Source of the DNA: the human T2T-CHM13v2.0 reference genome, Homo sapiens
Reading direction: 5' to 3' (one strand)
Assembly (NCBI RefSeq): GCF_009914755.1
Contig: NC_060943.1
Length of the DNA: 64,000 bases
Shown: in pieces, positions 1 to 33,308 of the stretch
Layout: every line of letters begins with the position of its first letter
Position numbering within the stretch: the stretch's first letter is position 1
The notes under the pieces: generated by a model
What the model was told of the DNA's origin: nothing
Databases searched by the model: none
What the model saw: the letters and a program-made list of their open reading frames with translations, nothing else
Translations under genes and position numbers: made by a program

Positions 1-583
<583 letters not shown>

Positions 584-1522
584 TTTTTTTTTTTTTTTTA
601 AACAAATGTCCTTTTTCTGTTCCTGGATTCCATAAGACATTGAACTATTTGTCTCATAATTAGTAAAAAGACCCATGCAGATTAAAAATGGATTATTTCT
701 GTGGTAATCGGGTGGGTTCTGATGCCCATGCAGCACCTTGAACACGGCTGGAGTTGATGAGTATCCCTGATGGGAAGTCGATGCTGCGTCCATGGAGAGA
801 AGGGGCACGGGGATGAGTGTCCACCCAGCACCTAATGGAGATACAGACCCTCTCCCTGCCACTGGCGCTCCCTGTCAGGTGGGACAGACACCAGCAAGCT
901 AGCAAGGAAACCATCATTCTGGGTTGTGGTGGAACTGGGGAGAAGCAGGCATGGATCACGTCTAGGGCATCTTGGGGCAGGGGCGGCCTCCTGGGCACAG
1001 GTGGCCCTTTCCTGCCTGGGCCTAAAAGCTAAGAAGAGGATGCCAGGCAAAGTCTGGGAGGGTGGCAGAGGGAACAGCACATGCAAAGGCCCTGTGGCAG
1101 GGTGAGCTTGGTGTGCGTCTGAGGACAAATGGGAAGGCCAGAAGGTTGATGTCTTGGCCTTGTGTCCTCATCTTGGGTGGTCAACTCTGGGGAATGTTGT
1201 ATTCAGTTCCTCAGAGGGTGCCTGATGAGTGTGGGACTCAGGGTGCCCCGGGGGTACCCAGCTCCCACCCTGCTCCCTGAACCAACTCTCTGCACTAAAG
1301 CCTTGCTTCAGGCTCTGCCTTTGGGGGAACCCACACAGATGGGCCAGGAGGGTTGAGTAACCTGCCCCAGCTGCCAGTGCTAAAGCCACCCACCTGGACA
1401 ATGTCAGTGGAGGAAGTGAAGAGAGTGGGTGAGAGGCCCCAACACTGAACCCCAGGCTCCCAGGAGAAGGAGGAGGTGGCTTAAAGGAGAACTGGAAAAA
1501 TGCATCCAGAAAGATGGGAAGG

Positions 1523-2505
<983 letters not shown>

Positions 2506-3310
2506 TCTGGACAACAGTGCTTTTAGGAGGAAACAGAGTTGAGAGAGGGAAGAACAGGGCTTGGTTTCGGGGCACCAAGTCTGGACGCCCCCTCCTGCGC
2601 TCACACTGGGCCATGTCGTGCAGCATAAACCACAATCAGTGGGGGTCTCTGGAGCCCTGTGGTGGTGGTACGTCTCCTGCCTGCTCTGCTCCCAGGGCCA
2701 TGGGTCCCTGGGCACCTGCATGGTCAGGCGTCCAGGCACGTGAGACCCACGGGTGCTTGGTAAAGGCCAGGAGACCAGGCAGGGACCAGGGAGCTGGGCT
2801 GAGTCACATTGGTTGGTGGCCTCCACCCTGGCGCCTGCCGGAAGGAGGGTGCTGGGGAGGCCTGGGCCGCCGCTGACCTCGGAGGCAGCCCCATGAGCCT
2901 CCTGGGCCTCCAGGGAGTCGGGTGCCTGCTGTCTCAGCTGCCACGCCTCCACCTGCAGTAGGTATTTTGAGCAAAGCTTCCCGGCACTTCTCCGCAAAAT
3001 CCGCTGAGTCTGTGGTTTTCTCATGTCAGCAAAAGAACAGAGACTGGAGAGGAAATCGAGCCTGTGGTCTGGGATGTGAGAGGTGCTGGGGGTACAGGGG
3101 CTGCAGTGCTAGACCACCCAGGCCTCAAGAACCCAGGGCAGGGGGTAGGATGGGAGGGCCAGGTGGCCCCATTGAACCCTGCCCTGCCCCTTTGCAAAAC
3201 GGCATCCTGTGCTCATCACACAAGCTGTGCCTCAGTTTCCCCATCCGTAAACTGGGGCATTAGTAGGACTATGTGTTTTAGGGGGTAGGGAATCTAATAT
3301 ATTTTTCCCT

Positions 3311-3760
<450 letters not shown>

Positions 3761-3764
3761 ACCT

Positions 3765-3935
3765 TTGAGGTGAAATTCACATAACATAAAATTTACCCTT
3801 TTTAAAATGCACAATTCAGCAGCATTTACTGCCCTCACAGTGTTGAACAAGCACCCCCTCTATCTAATTCTAAAACAGTTCATCCTCAAAAGGAGACTTG
3901 TACCCAACAGCAGTCCCTCCCCATCCCCTAATCTG
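3765..3935 (-). mobile_element. Old L1M 3'-end fragment
   Basis: gaggtgaaattcacataacataaaatttaccc...aattcag is typical of L1M 3' ends. Confidence 0.65.
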
Positions 3936-4754
3936 TGTAAGAGGCCTTCAGGGAGAGCTGAGGGGTGTCTTTGGGGGCATTCATCCTTAGCCCCCCAAAA
4001 CTCCCCTGGGGCAAGGCTGTGGTGAGCAGCCAGCCTGGGGCAGGGCGGGGGATGGGGACAGCTGGTTAGGAGGGCTCACATAGGCTGGGGGACAGAGTCC
4101 CTGCTCAGAGGGGCACAGGCTGGGACTAGGAGGCCTTTCCCAGCTCCATAGTGGAGTCTCAGCCAGGAAAAGCCGCGGGCGGCCAGGGGAGAGGGAGGGC
4201 GAGCCGGTCTCTGTGCAAGGAGCATCAGCTGACAGGCGGGCTGCGAGGCTCTGGGCCAGGAACTCTGATTTCTTTCCCCCTAGGAAGCTCAGACACCCGC
4301 CTCAGCACGAGGGCCTTGCCTGGCACTGCTCCCTGGGACTGCTGGGGCTGGCAGCCTGAAAGAGGGACAGACCTATTGTGGGGGGACCAGGAGCTCTGGA
4401 TTCACTCCCACCTAGACTCCAGGCTCAGCCACATGCAGTCCGCGGTGATCCTGGGCTGGCACCGGACGTTCGGAGCCTCAGTTTCCTCATCTGTAACACA
4501 GGGCTAAGAACAGCACCTGCCTCAGGGACAAGTTACTGCCCAGAACGGGCCTGGCTCACTTCCTTCCACCTCCAAAGCTTTCCTTGACCCCTGACTTGGT
4601 GAAGTCTTGGACGTTCTTGCAGTCCGTTAAGCAGTGGTCCTTTTACGAGGACAGGGCTGGGTCTGCCTTGGGCTCGCACAGCCTGACACAGGCCCATATG
4701 CAGTAAGTGCTTAACAAATGCCTGAACTGATGCCAGGATGGACTGGTGCTATCA

Positions 4755-5466
<712 letters not shown>

Positions 5467-6199
5467 TTATGTAACATTTGGGGATTAATACCGCAGGCGT
5501 CCAGGGGCGGCTGCCGGGATTCAAACCCAGCGCTGCCCTTTCCTGGGCTGACTGAGCGACTTTGCGTCCCTGGGTCTCAATGTCTTGCCTGTACAATGGG
5601 GACAAGGCCCGTTTTTGTGTCCCAGGCTGGGTGGAAGGGTGAGGGAAGACCTCACCAGGAAAGGGGTGCACCTGAGTCTGGGGCAGGGCTTGGAGCAACC
5701 ACCCCCACGATTCCGGGGGAGTCCCAAGCCCCCCACTGTCTTCCCACCCAGCTGTTCTCTGAGTTCTCTGAGGTTTCTGATGCTCTCTGAGGTCGCCATT
5801 TCAAGGACGTCCCCACCTGGCTGTCCGTGCAAACCCCAGCCAGGGTCCACCTGCTGCTCCACACAGCCCATCCCTTCTCCGGGCTGAAGCTCCCTCATAT
5901 GGGACATCCACTACACTGTAGGACCCCAGCCCATGCGTCCCCAAGCCCCGGTCCTGCCTCCTGGGTCCCTGTTCCAGGCCTCACCGCCCTCCCCACCAGC
6001 CCCAGCATCACAAACGCTGGGCTTCTCTGCCGCTCCGAATTCTGCTGTGGCTCCCCAGTGCCCAGGGCCATCAAGCCCCAGGTTTTCATGTGGGCCCCAG
6101 GGACCCGCCAGCAGGGAGGACCCGAAATGGCACACATTCAGAACGTCGAGGCTCATACCTCAAGCGCACTGTGGGGGAGAAGCCCCCGGAAGCCCCCAA

Positions 6200-6950
6200 C
6201 CCCCCACGCGCGAGAGAGCCTCAGTTTCCCGCTCGGTAAAGCGGGCGTATCAGCGGTTCCCAGCCAGCCCGGGTGTGCAGGGTCGGAGGAGCTCGCGGGC
6301 TGAGCGCGGCCCCTGGCGCCCGGTTGGCGTGCGGGACTCGGGCGCGCTCTGGTCCGTGGAACTTCCCCAGCCGCGGCGTCCCCGCCGCTCACGCGCCCCC
6401 CACTCCCCGGCCGGGCACCTCCCGCCCCTCCCCGGGCTGGACCTGCGCCCGGGCTCCGCCCCCTCCCCGCCCCCGCGGCCAATAAAACGCTCCCCGGCGG
6501 CTCCTGCGCCCTCAGAGCGGCCCCGGAGCGGCCGCAGCGCGGTGGTCTCGGCCCGGCTGCGCCAGAGTCCGCGCGATGGAGCCCCGGCCGCGGCGGCGGC
6601 GCAGGAGTCGCCCCCTGGTCGCCGCCTTCCTGCGAGACCCGGGCTCGGGCCGCGTGTACAGGCGCGGGAAGCTGATCGGCAAGGTGGGAGCCCCGCGCCC
6701 CGAGTCCGCGACGGGGCCGGGCCGGGCTGGGCTGGGGTCCCGGGGCGCGCGGGCGATCCTGCGCGGTCTACGCGGCGCGTCCCTGCGAGCGCGGGGTCTG
6801 GAGCGGGCGCGCGTCCGGAGCCGCGGGGCCTCCCGTGCGGGGTTTCGCATGGCGGGAACCGTGTTGAGCGCGCTGTGCGGCGTGTCCGTGGGTTGCGTGT
6901 CCGGGGTGTGGGCGTGCGGCTCGGCCTCGGGATGCGACGCTGTGTTGCCC
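6200..6950. promoter_or_regulatory. PLK5: CpG island / promoter of PLK5
   Basis: Very high CpG and GC content surrounds exon 1, with GC boxes (CTCCGCCC ~6454). CCAATAAAA (CCAAT/TATA-like) at 6479-6487 lies ~33 nt upstream of an Inr-like TCAG at 6512-6515. Confidence 0.8.
6576..6683 (+). other. PLK5: PLK5 exon 1 coding part (MEPRPRRRRR...KLIGK)
   Basis: ATG at 6576, 36 codons, donor AAG|GTGGGA at 6684. Confidence 0.85.
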
Positions 6951-6984
6951 CTGGGTGTGTGTGCGAGCCTGGCGAGGGTCTGAG

Positions 6985-7620
6985 TGTGCCGCGTCTGTGC
7001 CCGCTGCTTCCAAGTGTCTGGGTGCTGTGCGGTGTTCGTGTGTGTGTGTGTGTGTCTGGGTGTTGTGTTGCTTGTTCACCTGTTGTTTGTGCGTCATGCC
7101 TTTGTGTGTCCAGTCATTGTGTTGTGTGTCTGGGTGTTGTGTGTTCATGTGGTGTGCTTGTGTGTTTGTGTGTTCATATGTGGTGTGTCTAGGAGTTGTG
7201 TGTTCATGTGTTTGTATCTGTGTCTTTGTCCATGTGTTGTACTGTGTGTCCAGGTGTTGTGTGTTCATGTGTTTGTGTGTTCCTGTGCTGTGTCTGGGTA
7301 TTGTGTTGTGTGTCCACACGTGGTGACTGTGTGTCCAGACATTGTATATTCATGTGTTTGTGTGTTGCTGCGTTGTGTATCTGGGTGTTGTGTTGTGTGT
7401 CCATGCATGGTGACTCTGTGTCTGGGTGTTGCGTGTTTGTGTGTCGTATTCAGGCGTGGTGTTGTGCATCCGGTGCTGTCTTCTGGTCCGTGGCCTCTAT
7501 GCACCAGGCGTGGATGTGTCTGTGTCTGTGTCTCTGTGCCTTCTTGTGTGCATCATGTCTTGTGTGTCCAGGCGGGAGGGTGGGAGCTGTGTGTTGTTTT
7601 TTCCCCGGTGTGTGTGTGGA
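6985..7620. repeat. GT-rich low-complexity / degenerate (TG)n tract in PLK5 intron 1
   Basis: Recurrent tgtgtctgggtgttgtgtgttcatgtg units. Confidence 0.9.
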
Positions 7621-7727
7621 GAGACCTGGACGCGCCTGCGTCCCTGGCTGCCCTGTGCCTCTGTACACGCTGCCAGCTTGCACACCCGTGCACACCTGCC
7701 CACTGATCTGCTGACCCCTCCCCACAG

Positions 7728-7841
7728 GGCGCCTTCAGCCGCTGCTACAAGCTGACAGACATGTCCACCAGCGCCGTGTTCGCCCTCAAGGTGGTGCCGT
7801 GTGGCGGGGCTGGGGCCGGGTGGCTTCGCCCGCAGGGAAAG
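7728..7841 (+). other. PLK5: PLK5 exon 2 (GAFSRCYKL...FALKVVP...QGK)
   Basis: Acceptor ccccacag, 114 nt, donor AAG|GTGCGT. Encodes the Gly-rich loop and catalytic Lys. Confidence 0.9.
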
Positions 7842-8010
7842 GTGCGTGTCCCCATCGGTCCCCAGGGCCCACAGCCCGCAGCGTGTCCCGAAGAAGGCCC
7901 TGCCCTTTGGTCCCAGCCCTGGGTGGCCATGAGATCGTACAGGAGGCAGGCGAGCATCCTGCAGCCTGTGCCCCGCTGCAGGCGGGTACATGTCGGGGCC
8001 GTGCCTGCAG

Positions 8011-8127
8011 GTGGAGCGTGAGATTGCCCTGCATAGCCGCCTGCGACCCCGCAACATCGTGGCTTTCCACGGACACTTTGCTGACCGCGACCACGTGTAC
8101 ATGGTGCTGGAGTACTGCAGCCGCCAG
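8011..8127 (+). other. PLK5: PLK5 exon 3 (VEREIALH...LEYCSRQ)
   Basis: Acceptor ctgcag, 117 nt, donor CAG|GTGCCC. Encodes the alphaC Glu and hinge. Confidence 0.9.
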
Positions 8128-8877
8128 GTGCCCAGGGGCGGGGAGAGGGCAGGATTCATGTCAGCTGTGCCCGTCTCTGTCCACCCCGTGTCCATCTGCA
8201 CCTCGCCGCTGCCCCCCGTACCATCCTGTGTGCCCTCTGCTGTCCATTCGCCAGCGCTTCTTACGCCTACATAGGGCCAATTGTGTCCATCCTTTACTCA
8301 CCTGGGCACACCCAGGCTCTCTTGATCCACCTGGGCCCAGCTTACGCTGTGCTCATCAGGCCCGTCTCAGACTCACCTGTGACCGCCTGGGCCCATCAGA
8401 ATGTGTTTGCTTCTTCTTGGCCCCCTTGGACTCACCCATGCCCACCTGTACCCACCAGCATGCCCCTGTGCCTACCTGTGGTCACCTGCGCCCCTCCTGC
8501 ACCCTGCTGTGCCCACCGTGGCCGTGAACTCACTGTGCCCATTAAGTAGACCTGAGCCCACCTGGGTCCACCTGTGCCAGAATATGCCCCCTCTGCGTTC
8601 ACTCCTAATCACCTGGCCCTTCTCAAGCTGACAAGCATGTCCACCAGCGCCGTGTTCACCCTCAAGGTGGTGCCAGGTGCGGGGCCGGGGCCGGGCAGCT
8701 GTGCCCGTGGGGAAAGGTTCGTGCCCCCCCTCAGTGGCCACCTGGGCCCATCTGAACCCGCATGCTCCTATTGGGGTGGGTCATCTTTGCTCACCTGTGT
8801 GCACCTGCGCTCACCTGTGCTCATCCCATAATCAGCCATACCACCTTGGCCAGGCTGAGCTTACATTTGCCTTCTAA

Positions 8878-9207
<330 letters not shown>

Positions 9208-9318
9208 GTGAGAGCCGGGGGGAGGGCTCTGAGCAGTCCGTCCGGGTGGGCACGGCTGGCCCTGAAGTCTGGCACGGGGATCCCAGCCTTCCTGAGCCCC
9301 CCATGACGCCCTTCCTAG

Positions 9319-9412
9319 AGTACTCTGTGGGACCCCTAACTTCCTGGCCCCTGAGGTTGTCTCCAGAAACGGTCACTCCTGCCAGTAGGACATCTGGGCT
9401 CTGGGCTGCATC

Positions 9413-9414
<2 letters not shown>
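9319..9414 (+). other. PLK5: PLK5 exon 6 (contains the premature TAG and the AT of the split start codon)
   Basis: Acceptor ttcctag, VLCGTPNFLAPEVV...Q*DIWALGCI, donor AT|GTGAGT. Confidence 0.9.
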
Positions 9415-17479
<8,065 letters not shown>

Positions 17480-17661
17480 TGCCCCTGAGGGTCAGAGTGG
17501 ACCCCTGCATGGTAGTGCCAGGGACCCAGGCTCCATTTCCATTCCTGTGGCTCCCCCAGAGGGGCTGTCCTGGGGGAGAGCTGGGGGGCACACGGGAGGT
17601 GGGTTCTTGCCTTGTGGCATGACTGTTCAACCCAGACTTTGCTGGGATCTCTTCCTTTTTC

Positions 17662-17667
17662 ATTAAA
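17662..17667 (+). terminator. PLK5: PLK5 poly(A) signal ATTAAA
   Basis: Variant hexamer ~180 nt after the stop, with a U-rich upstream element. Confidence 0.7.
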
Positions 17668-17799
17668 GACAATTTGAAATGCTGTAGGCCATGGTCTGCC
17701 TCTCTTTGGGGGAAAGCGTTTGAGGAGCTTTGGCAAAGAAACGTTGACCCCACGTGACGTTGCATCCTCCCTGTTTCTCTTAGTGGCAGAGGTGGGTTA

Positions 17800-20945
<3,146 letters not shown>

Positions 20946-20949
20946 GAAT

Positions 20950-21167
20950 AGTAGTTGTTCTCAATGGTGGGGGGGGGGGTGATTCTGTCCCCAGGGGACA
21001 CTGGGCTATGTCTCGGGACATCTGTGGTCATAATGACAGGGAGTGCTCCTGGCATGGAGTGGGTGAAGGGCAGGGACGCCGCTCAGCACCCTGCAATGCC
21101 CAGGACAGCCCCACCCCAGAGAATGGCTTGGCCCCAACATCCATAGTGCCCAAGAGGAGAGACCCTA
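20950..21167 (+). mobile_element. MER20-like hAT-Charlie DNA transposon
   Basis: gttctcaa...ggggggtgattctgtccccaggggacac...gctcctggcat...caggacagcccc...atagtgcc...gagaccct follows the MER20 consensus. Confidence 0.8.
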
Positions 21168-21593
21168 GCTTGGAGATAGGAACTGAAATATTTACAGGCT
21201 TAGTGTTTAATTCCTAAAGCGGATTTCCTCTGTAATCAGGGGAAAAAAAAAAAAAAAAAAAAAAGGAATGAAGTGGAGAAACGGCACTCCCGGGAGACGT
21301 TGCACATTCCCAAGCCCACGCTGCACCTCACACGCAGCGGGGAGCAATGTCCCCGTAGTGGCCCCTCGTCAAGGTCAGTGATGCACGGGGCGAGAGAGGG
21401 GTTGAGGTGGGGATGGCCTCCTGCCAAGCACAACGTGTCCTGGGGCCACCCATCTGCAGGCAGAGTGCTCCACCACTCAAATGGGGGCGTGATGAGTCTG
21501 AGGCCACCCAGGTCTGAAGCTTCCCAGGGGCCCTCCTCACAGCCCTTTCCCTTTGGAACCATAGTCTATCAATTCTGAAAGTAAAATGCAGAC

Positions 21594-22550
<957 letters not shown>

Positions 22551-23121
22551 CTGGATGCCGTTTCTTTGTCACAAAATTGCAACCTTAACAAATCAAACTC
22601 AAGTCCCAGGGTCCACCACCACCTGTCCCTGGGCCCCCTCTGTTTCTGGGAAGTGACAGGGTCTCCTCTTTTTTTCCCATCTGTTTCCTATGCTTACTTT
22701 CCTGGAGAGAATAACTGACCCATGGCGGCGTCCCCGCGTCGCCTCTCGGCCGTGTGCCTGTGTGTGTTGCTGCGTCTGTGGAGATAGAGCCAACTCTGTG
22801 CTTTTTATGGAACGGGGGATGAAGCAAAGCCAGCGTTTGTGGATGGGAGAGAAAATACGACCAAAACAGACACTGGGGCCCATGTTGGGAGTAGAGAGGG
22901 CTGCAGGCACGCTGGGCTGGGGTGGGGGGAGGAAGCAGGGGGACGGGTCAGGGGAGGTCGTGTGCCTTGGTGTGGCCAGACCTAGGAGGAGGGATCAGTG
23001 GGGAGAATTTGGAGATGCCCCCAGGGACCCCAAAGGAATGGAGTGTGGGTGAGAGAGGAACAAAAGCAAGCAGAGAAAACACAGAGCAAGTGCATCACTG
23101 CCTTTAAAAACAAAATGAGCC

Positions 23122-23935
<814 letters not shown>

Positions 23936-24596
23936 CAGACACCAAATGTGAAGGTAACTTGTGACCCGGCAATAGCTAACTAATACACAACCCAAAACAT
24001 GCAAGAAACAGCTTCATTTCTGCCCGGAACATTTGTTTCCAGGGAGAAAAAGACAAAACATCTTCAGAGTGTTTAACTGGGTGTCTTGCAAAATGACCTA
24101 CCTAGAGTATTTATTTCCATCTGCTTGTGGGCGTCAAGAACAGCAACAATCTGTGCCGTCTCCCACGCCCCGAGCCCACAATGGTGGTTTATTAAAAATA
24201 AACCAACCACAGAATATATTAATTTTCTAACCTCCCGGGCCAATTCTTATTTCTAGGTATAAGAACTTCCAGAGATGGCAAAGCACCCACACCGCCCTCG
24301 TGCTAAAGTTTCTGGAATCTTCCTTAGACGGGTGAACTGTGTGCTGCCAGAAATAAAATTAATAGCCTCACTTTTTTGGGTGCTTACAAGGGTTGGAACT
24401 TCAAGAAATGGTCATGAATTCACTCCAGCCCTGGCTCAAAGATTTTTTTTTCTTTCTTCCCTTCTTCCTTCTTCTCCCTACTCCCTTCTCTTCCTCTTTC
24501 TCCTCCTCCTTCCTTCTCCTTCTTTTTCTTTTTGGAAACCACTGATTTAACCCTGAGAGAGGGAAAACTTGTCCTGGCAAGAATTTCCAAAGCTCA

Positions 24597-24890
<294 letters not shown>

Positions 24891-24960
24891 CCAAAGTTCC
24901 GTTTTACCCTTTTTCCCACGCTGAGGCTACAGCTGAACCCAGCCTCGAGACCACCTCCTC

Positions 24961-25100
24961 ATTGGTCTATGGGAGCACGTGACATCATGCGTCCTCCAAT
25001 CACCAGCAAGCAAGCAAGGCGTGGGCGGGACCAAGGGCGGCTACCTCTGGGGCCAGCAGGATTGGCTGTTGCCCGTGGTAACTGTGTGTGACGTCATAAA
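24961..25100. promoter_or_regulatory. Orphan promoter/enhancer-like motif cluster (NF-Y x3, E-box, CRE x2, GC box x2, RFX X-box, MYB)
   Basis: Ten recognisable motifs in 140 bp of unique sequence; see findings. Confidence 0.65.
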
Positions 25101-25239
25101 GCTTCCTTGCACCTTGGCAAGGCCCCGGGAGCAGGGACCTTTTCTCTCCCACTATACAGATGGGGACACTGAGGCGCTGGTTCTCAATCTATGAAAAAAT
25201 GGGGTGCTGGTAGGTAGGTCAACCTGGGTCCCACGGGGA

Positions 25240-28990
<3,751 letters not shown>

Positions 28991-29299
28991 CGAGACAGCC
29001 TACCCACTGTGGGCTTTGGCAATAAGGCGCTCAATCAATTATAATAAACACCTATGGAATTAATTCCCGTCTGTGTTCCCCAAACCGTCCTCCCCAACCC
29101 CCACCGCCGCCCAGTAATTCAGGGACCACAAGAATGGAGGTCTCTGGCTTATAACTCTCACTGAGAAGCCTGATGCAGGAGCTCACACCTGTAATCCCGG
29201 CACTTCAGTAGGCCAAGGCAGGAGGATACTACTGAGCCTCGGTAATGTATTGTTTTTTATTTTTTTTATTTTATCATATATATATTTATTATACTCTAA

Positions 29300-30992
<1,693 letters not shown>

Positions 30993-31150
30993 TTCAAGCT
31001 TAGTAGAATAAAAAATTCAGCTTCCCAGTTGTCCTCGCATTTCAGGTGACAAATCATGCACAGCTGGTGGCTTTGTATCACACAGTGCAGATTTAGACCA
31101 TTCCCATAATCGTTTTCATCATTGTAGAAAGTTCTATTGAACAACGCTGG
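30993..31150. mobile_element. MER3/MER33-like DNA transposon fragment
   Basis: aaaattcagcttcccagt...catttcaggtg...catcattgtagaaagttctattgaacaacgctg. Confidence 0.65.
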
Positions 31151-31596
31151 GCTAGAACATTCTAGAAGATTCTAGAAAGCTCCAACACAGGAGCCAGCAG
31201 CCACCTGAGGGTAATTACATTTAAATTTAGACTTAAATTCTGTTGGCTGGTGAAGTCCAGCACATGCTGGTGTGGGTTTTTTTTTTTTTAGGGGTGAGGT
31301 AGTTAGACTGCAGCAAAAACAGGGGCTCCCATCACAGTTCTGTGCAGGGGGTGAGTGAGACTGAAGAAACAAAAGACCATATCCCAATTCACTTTCTGAA
31401 ATCATCTCCCGTTATTTTCACCTGTTCTCTGATTACTCTTTGTTCCCTGCGTGTGCCCTGTCATCCCACCTCCACACCTTTGCCATACTGTCTCCCTTTG
31501 ACCCCCACATCCAACCAGCCCTGTCTAGCCTTCTGCAGCATCCCCAAGCAGAATTCACTGGGCAGAATTAATCTCTCTCTCCTCTGAACTCCTGAT

Positions 31597-33308
31597 TCAC
31601 CCATCCATCCACCCATCCCCCTTCCTGTCCACCCATCCACCCATCCATCCATCCAAGCATCCACCCACCCATCCACCCATCCAACCATCCACCCACTCAT
31701 CCACCCACCCACTCATCCACCTGTTCACCCATCCACCCATCCATTCATCCATCCAACGATCCACCCACCCATCCATCCACGCATCCATCCATCCGTCCAT
31801 CCATCCAACCATCCAAGCATCCACCCACCCATCCATCCATCTCCAACCATGCACCCACTCATCCCTTCATCCATCCATCCATCCATCCATCCATCCATTT
31901 ACCCACCCTCCCATCCATCCACTCACCCATGCACTTGTCCACCCATCCACCCATCCATCCACCCACCCATCCATTCACCTACTCACCCATGCACTTGTCC
32001 ACCCATCCACCCATACATCCACCCACCCATCCATTCACCTACCCACCCATCCATCCATCCATTCGTCCACCCACTCCCCCATCCCCCCATCCAACCACCC
32101 ATTCCTCCATCCATCAATTCACCCACCCACCCACTCACCCATCCATCCATCCATCCATCCATCCATCCATCCATCCATTCATCCACTCATCCACTCATCC
32201 ATTTACCCACCCTCCCATCCATCTACCCCCCCATCCACCTGTTCATCCATCCATCCATCCATCCATCCATCCATCCATCCATCCATCCACCAACCCTCCC
32301 ATCCATCCACCCATCCATCCACCTGTCCACCCATCCACCCATTCATCCACCCACCCACCCATCCATCCATCCATCCACCCATCCATTCACTCACCTGCCC
32401 ATCCACCCATCCATTCACTCACCTGCCCATCCACCCATCCATGCACTCACCTGCCTATCCATCCATCCATCCATCCATCCATCCATCCATCCATCCATCC
32501 AATCATCCACCCACCCATCCATCCATCCATCCAACCATCCACCCACTCATCTATCCATCCATCCATCCATCCATCCATCCATTTACCCACCCTCTCATCC
32601 ATCCACCCACCCATCCACTTGTCCACCCATCCACCTGTTCACCCATCCACCCATCCATCCATCCATCCAACCATCCACCCATCTATCCATCCATCCATCC
32701 AACCACTCATCCGTCCATCCATCCATCCATCCATCCATTTACCCACTCTCCCATCCACCCACCCATCGACTTGTCCACCCATACACCTGTTCACCCATCC
32801 ACCCATCCATCCATCCATCCATCCAACCATCCACCCATCCATCCATCCACCCATCCATCCATCCATCCATCCATCCATCCATCCACCCACCCTCCCATCC
32901 ATCCACCCACCCATCTACTTGTCCACTCATCCACCCATCCATCCACCCACCCATCCATTCACCCACCCACCCATCCATCCATTTAACCACCCACCCACCC
33001 ACCCACCCAGCAACACATCCATCCACCTACCCATCTAATCATCCATCCATCCATCCATCCACCCACCCACCCATCCATCCATCCGTCTACCCACCCACAC
33101 CTATCCCCCATCCAACCACCCATTCATCCATCCAATTCACCCACCCATCCACTCACCCATCCACCCACCCATCTACTCATCCATCCGTCCATCCATCCAT
33201 CCATCTACTCATCCACCATCCACCACCCACCCACCCACCCACCCATTCAACATCCATCCATCCATCCATCCATTCACTCACCTGCCCATCCACCCACCCA
33301 TCCATCCC
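31597..33308. repeat. ~1.7-kb degenerate (CCAT)n/(CCAC)n simple-repeat array
   Basis: Continuous ccat/ccac tetramers that generate spurious HPSI ORFs. Confidence 0.97.

Noticed and set aside
6481-6486. AATAAA as a poly(A) signal
   Set aside because: It lies in the PLK5 CpG-island promoter ~30 nt before the likely TSS, so a TATA-like role is more plausible.
5933-7706. 419-aa and 240-aa ORFs over the PLK5 promoter and intron 1
   Set aside because: CpG-island and (TG)n low-complexity translations; only 6576-6683 fits the kinase.
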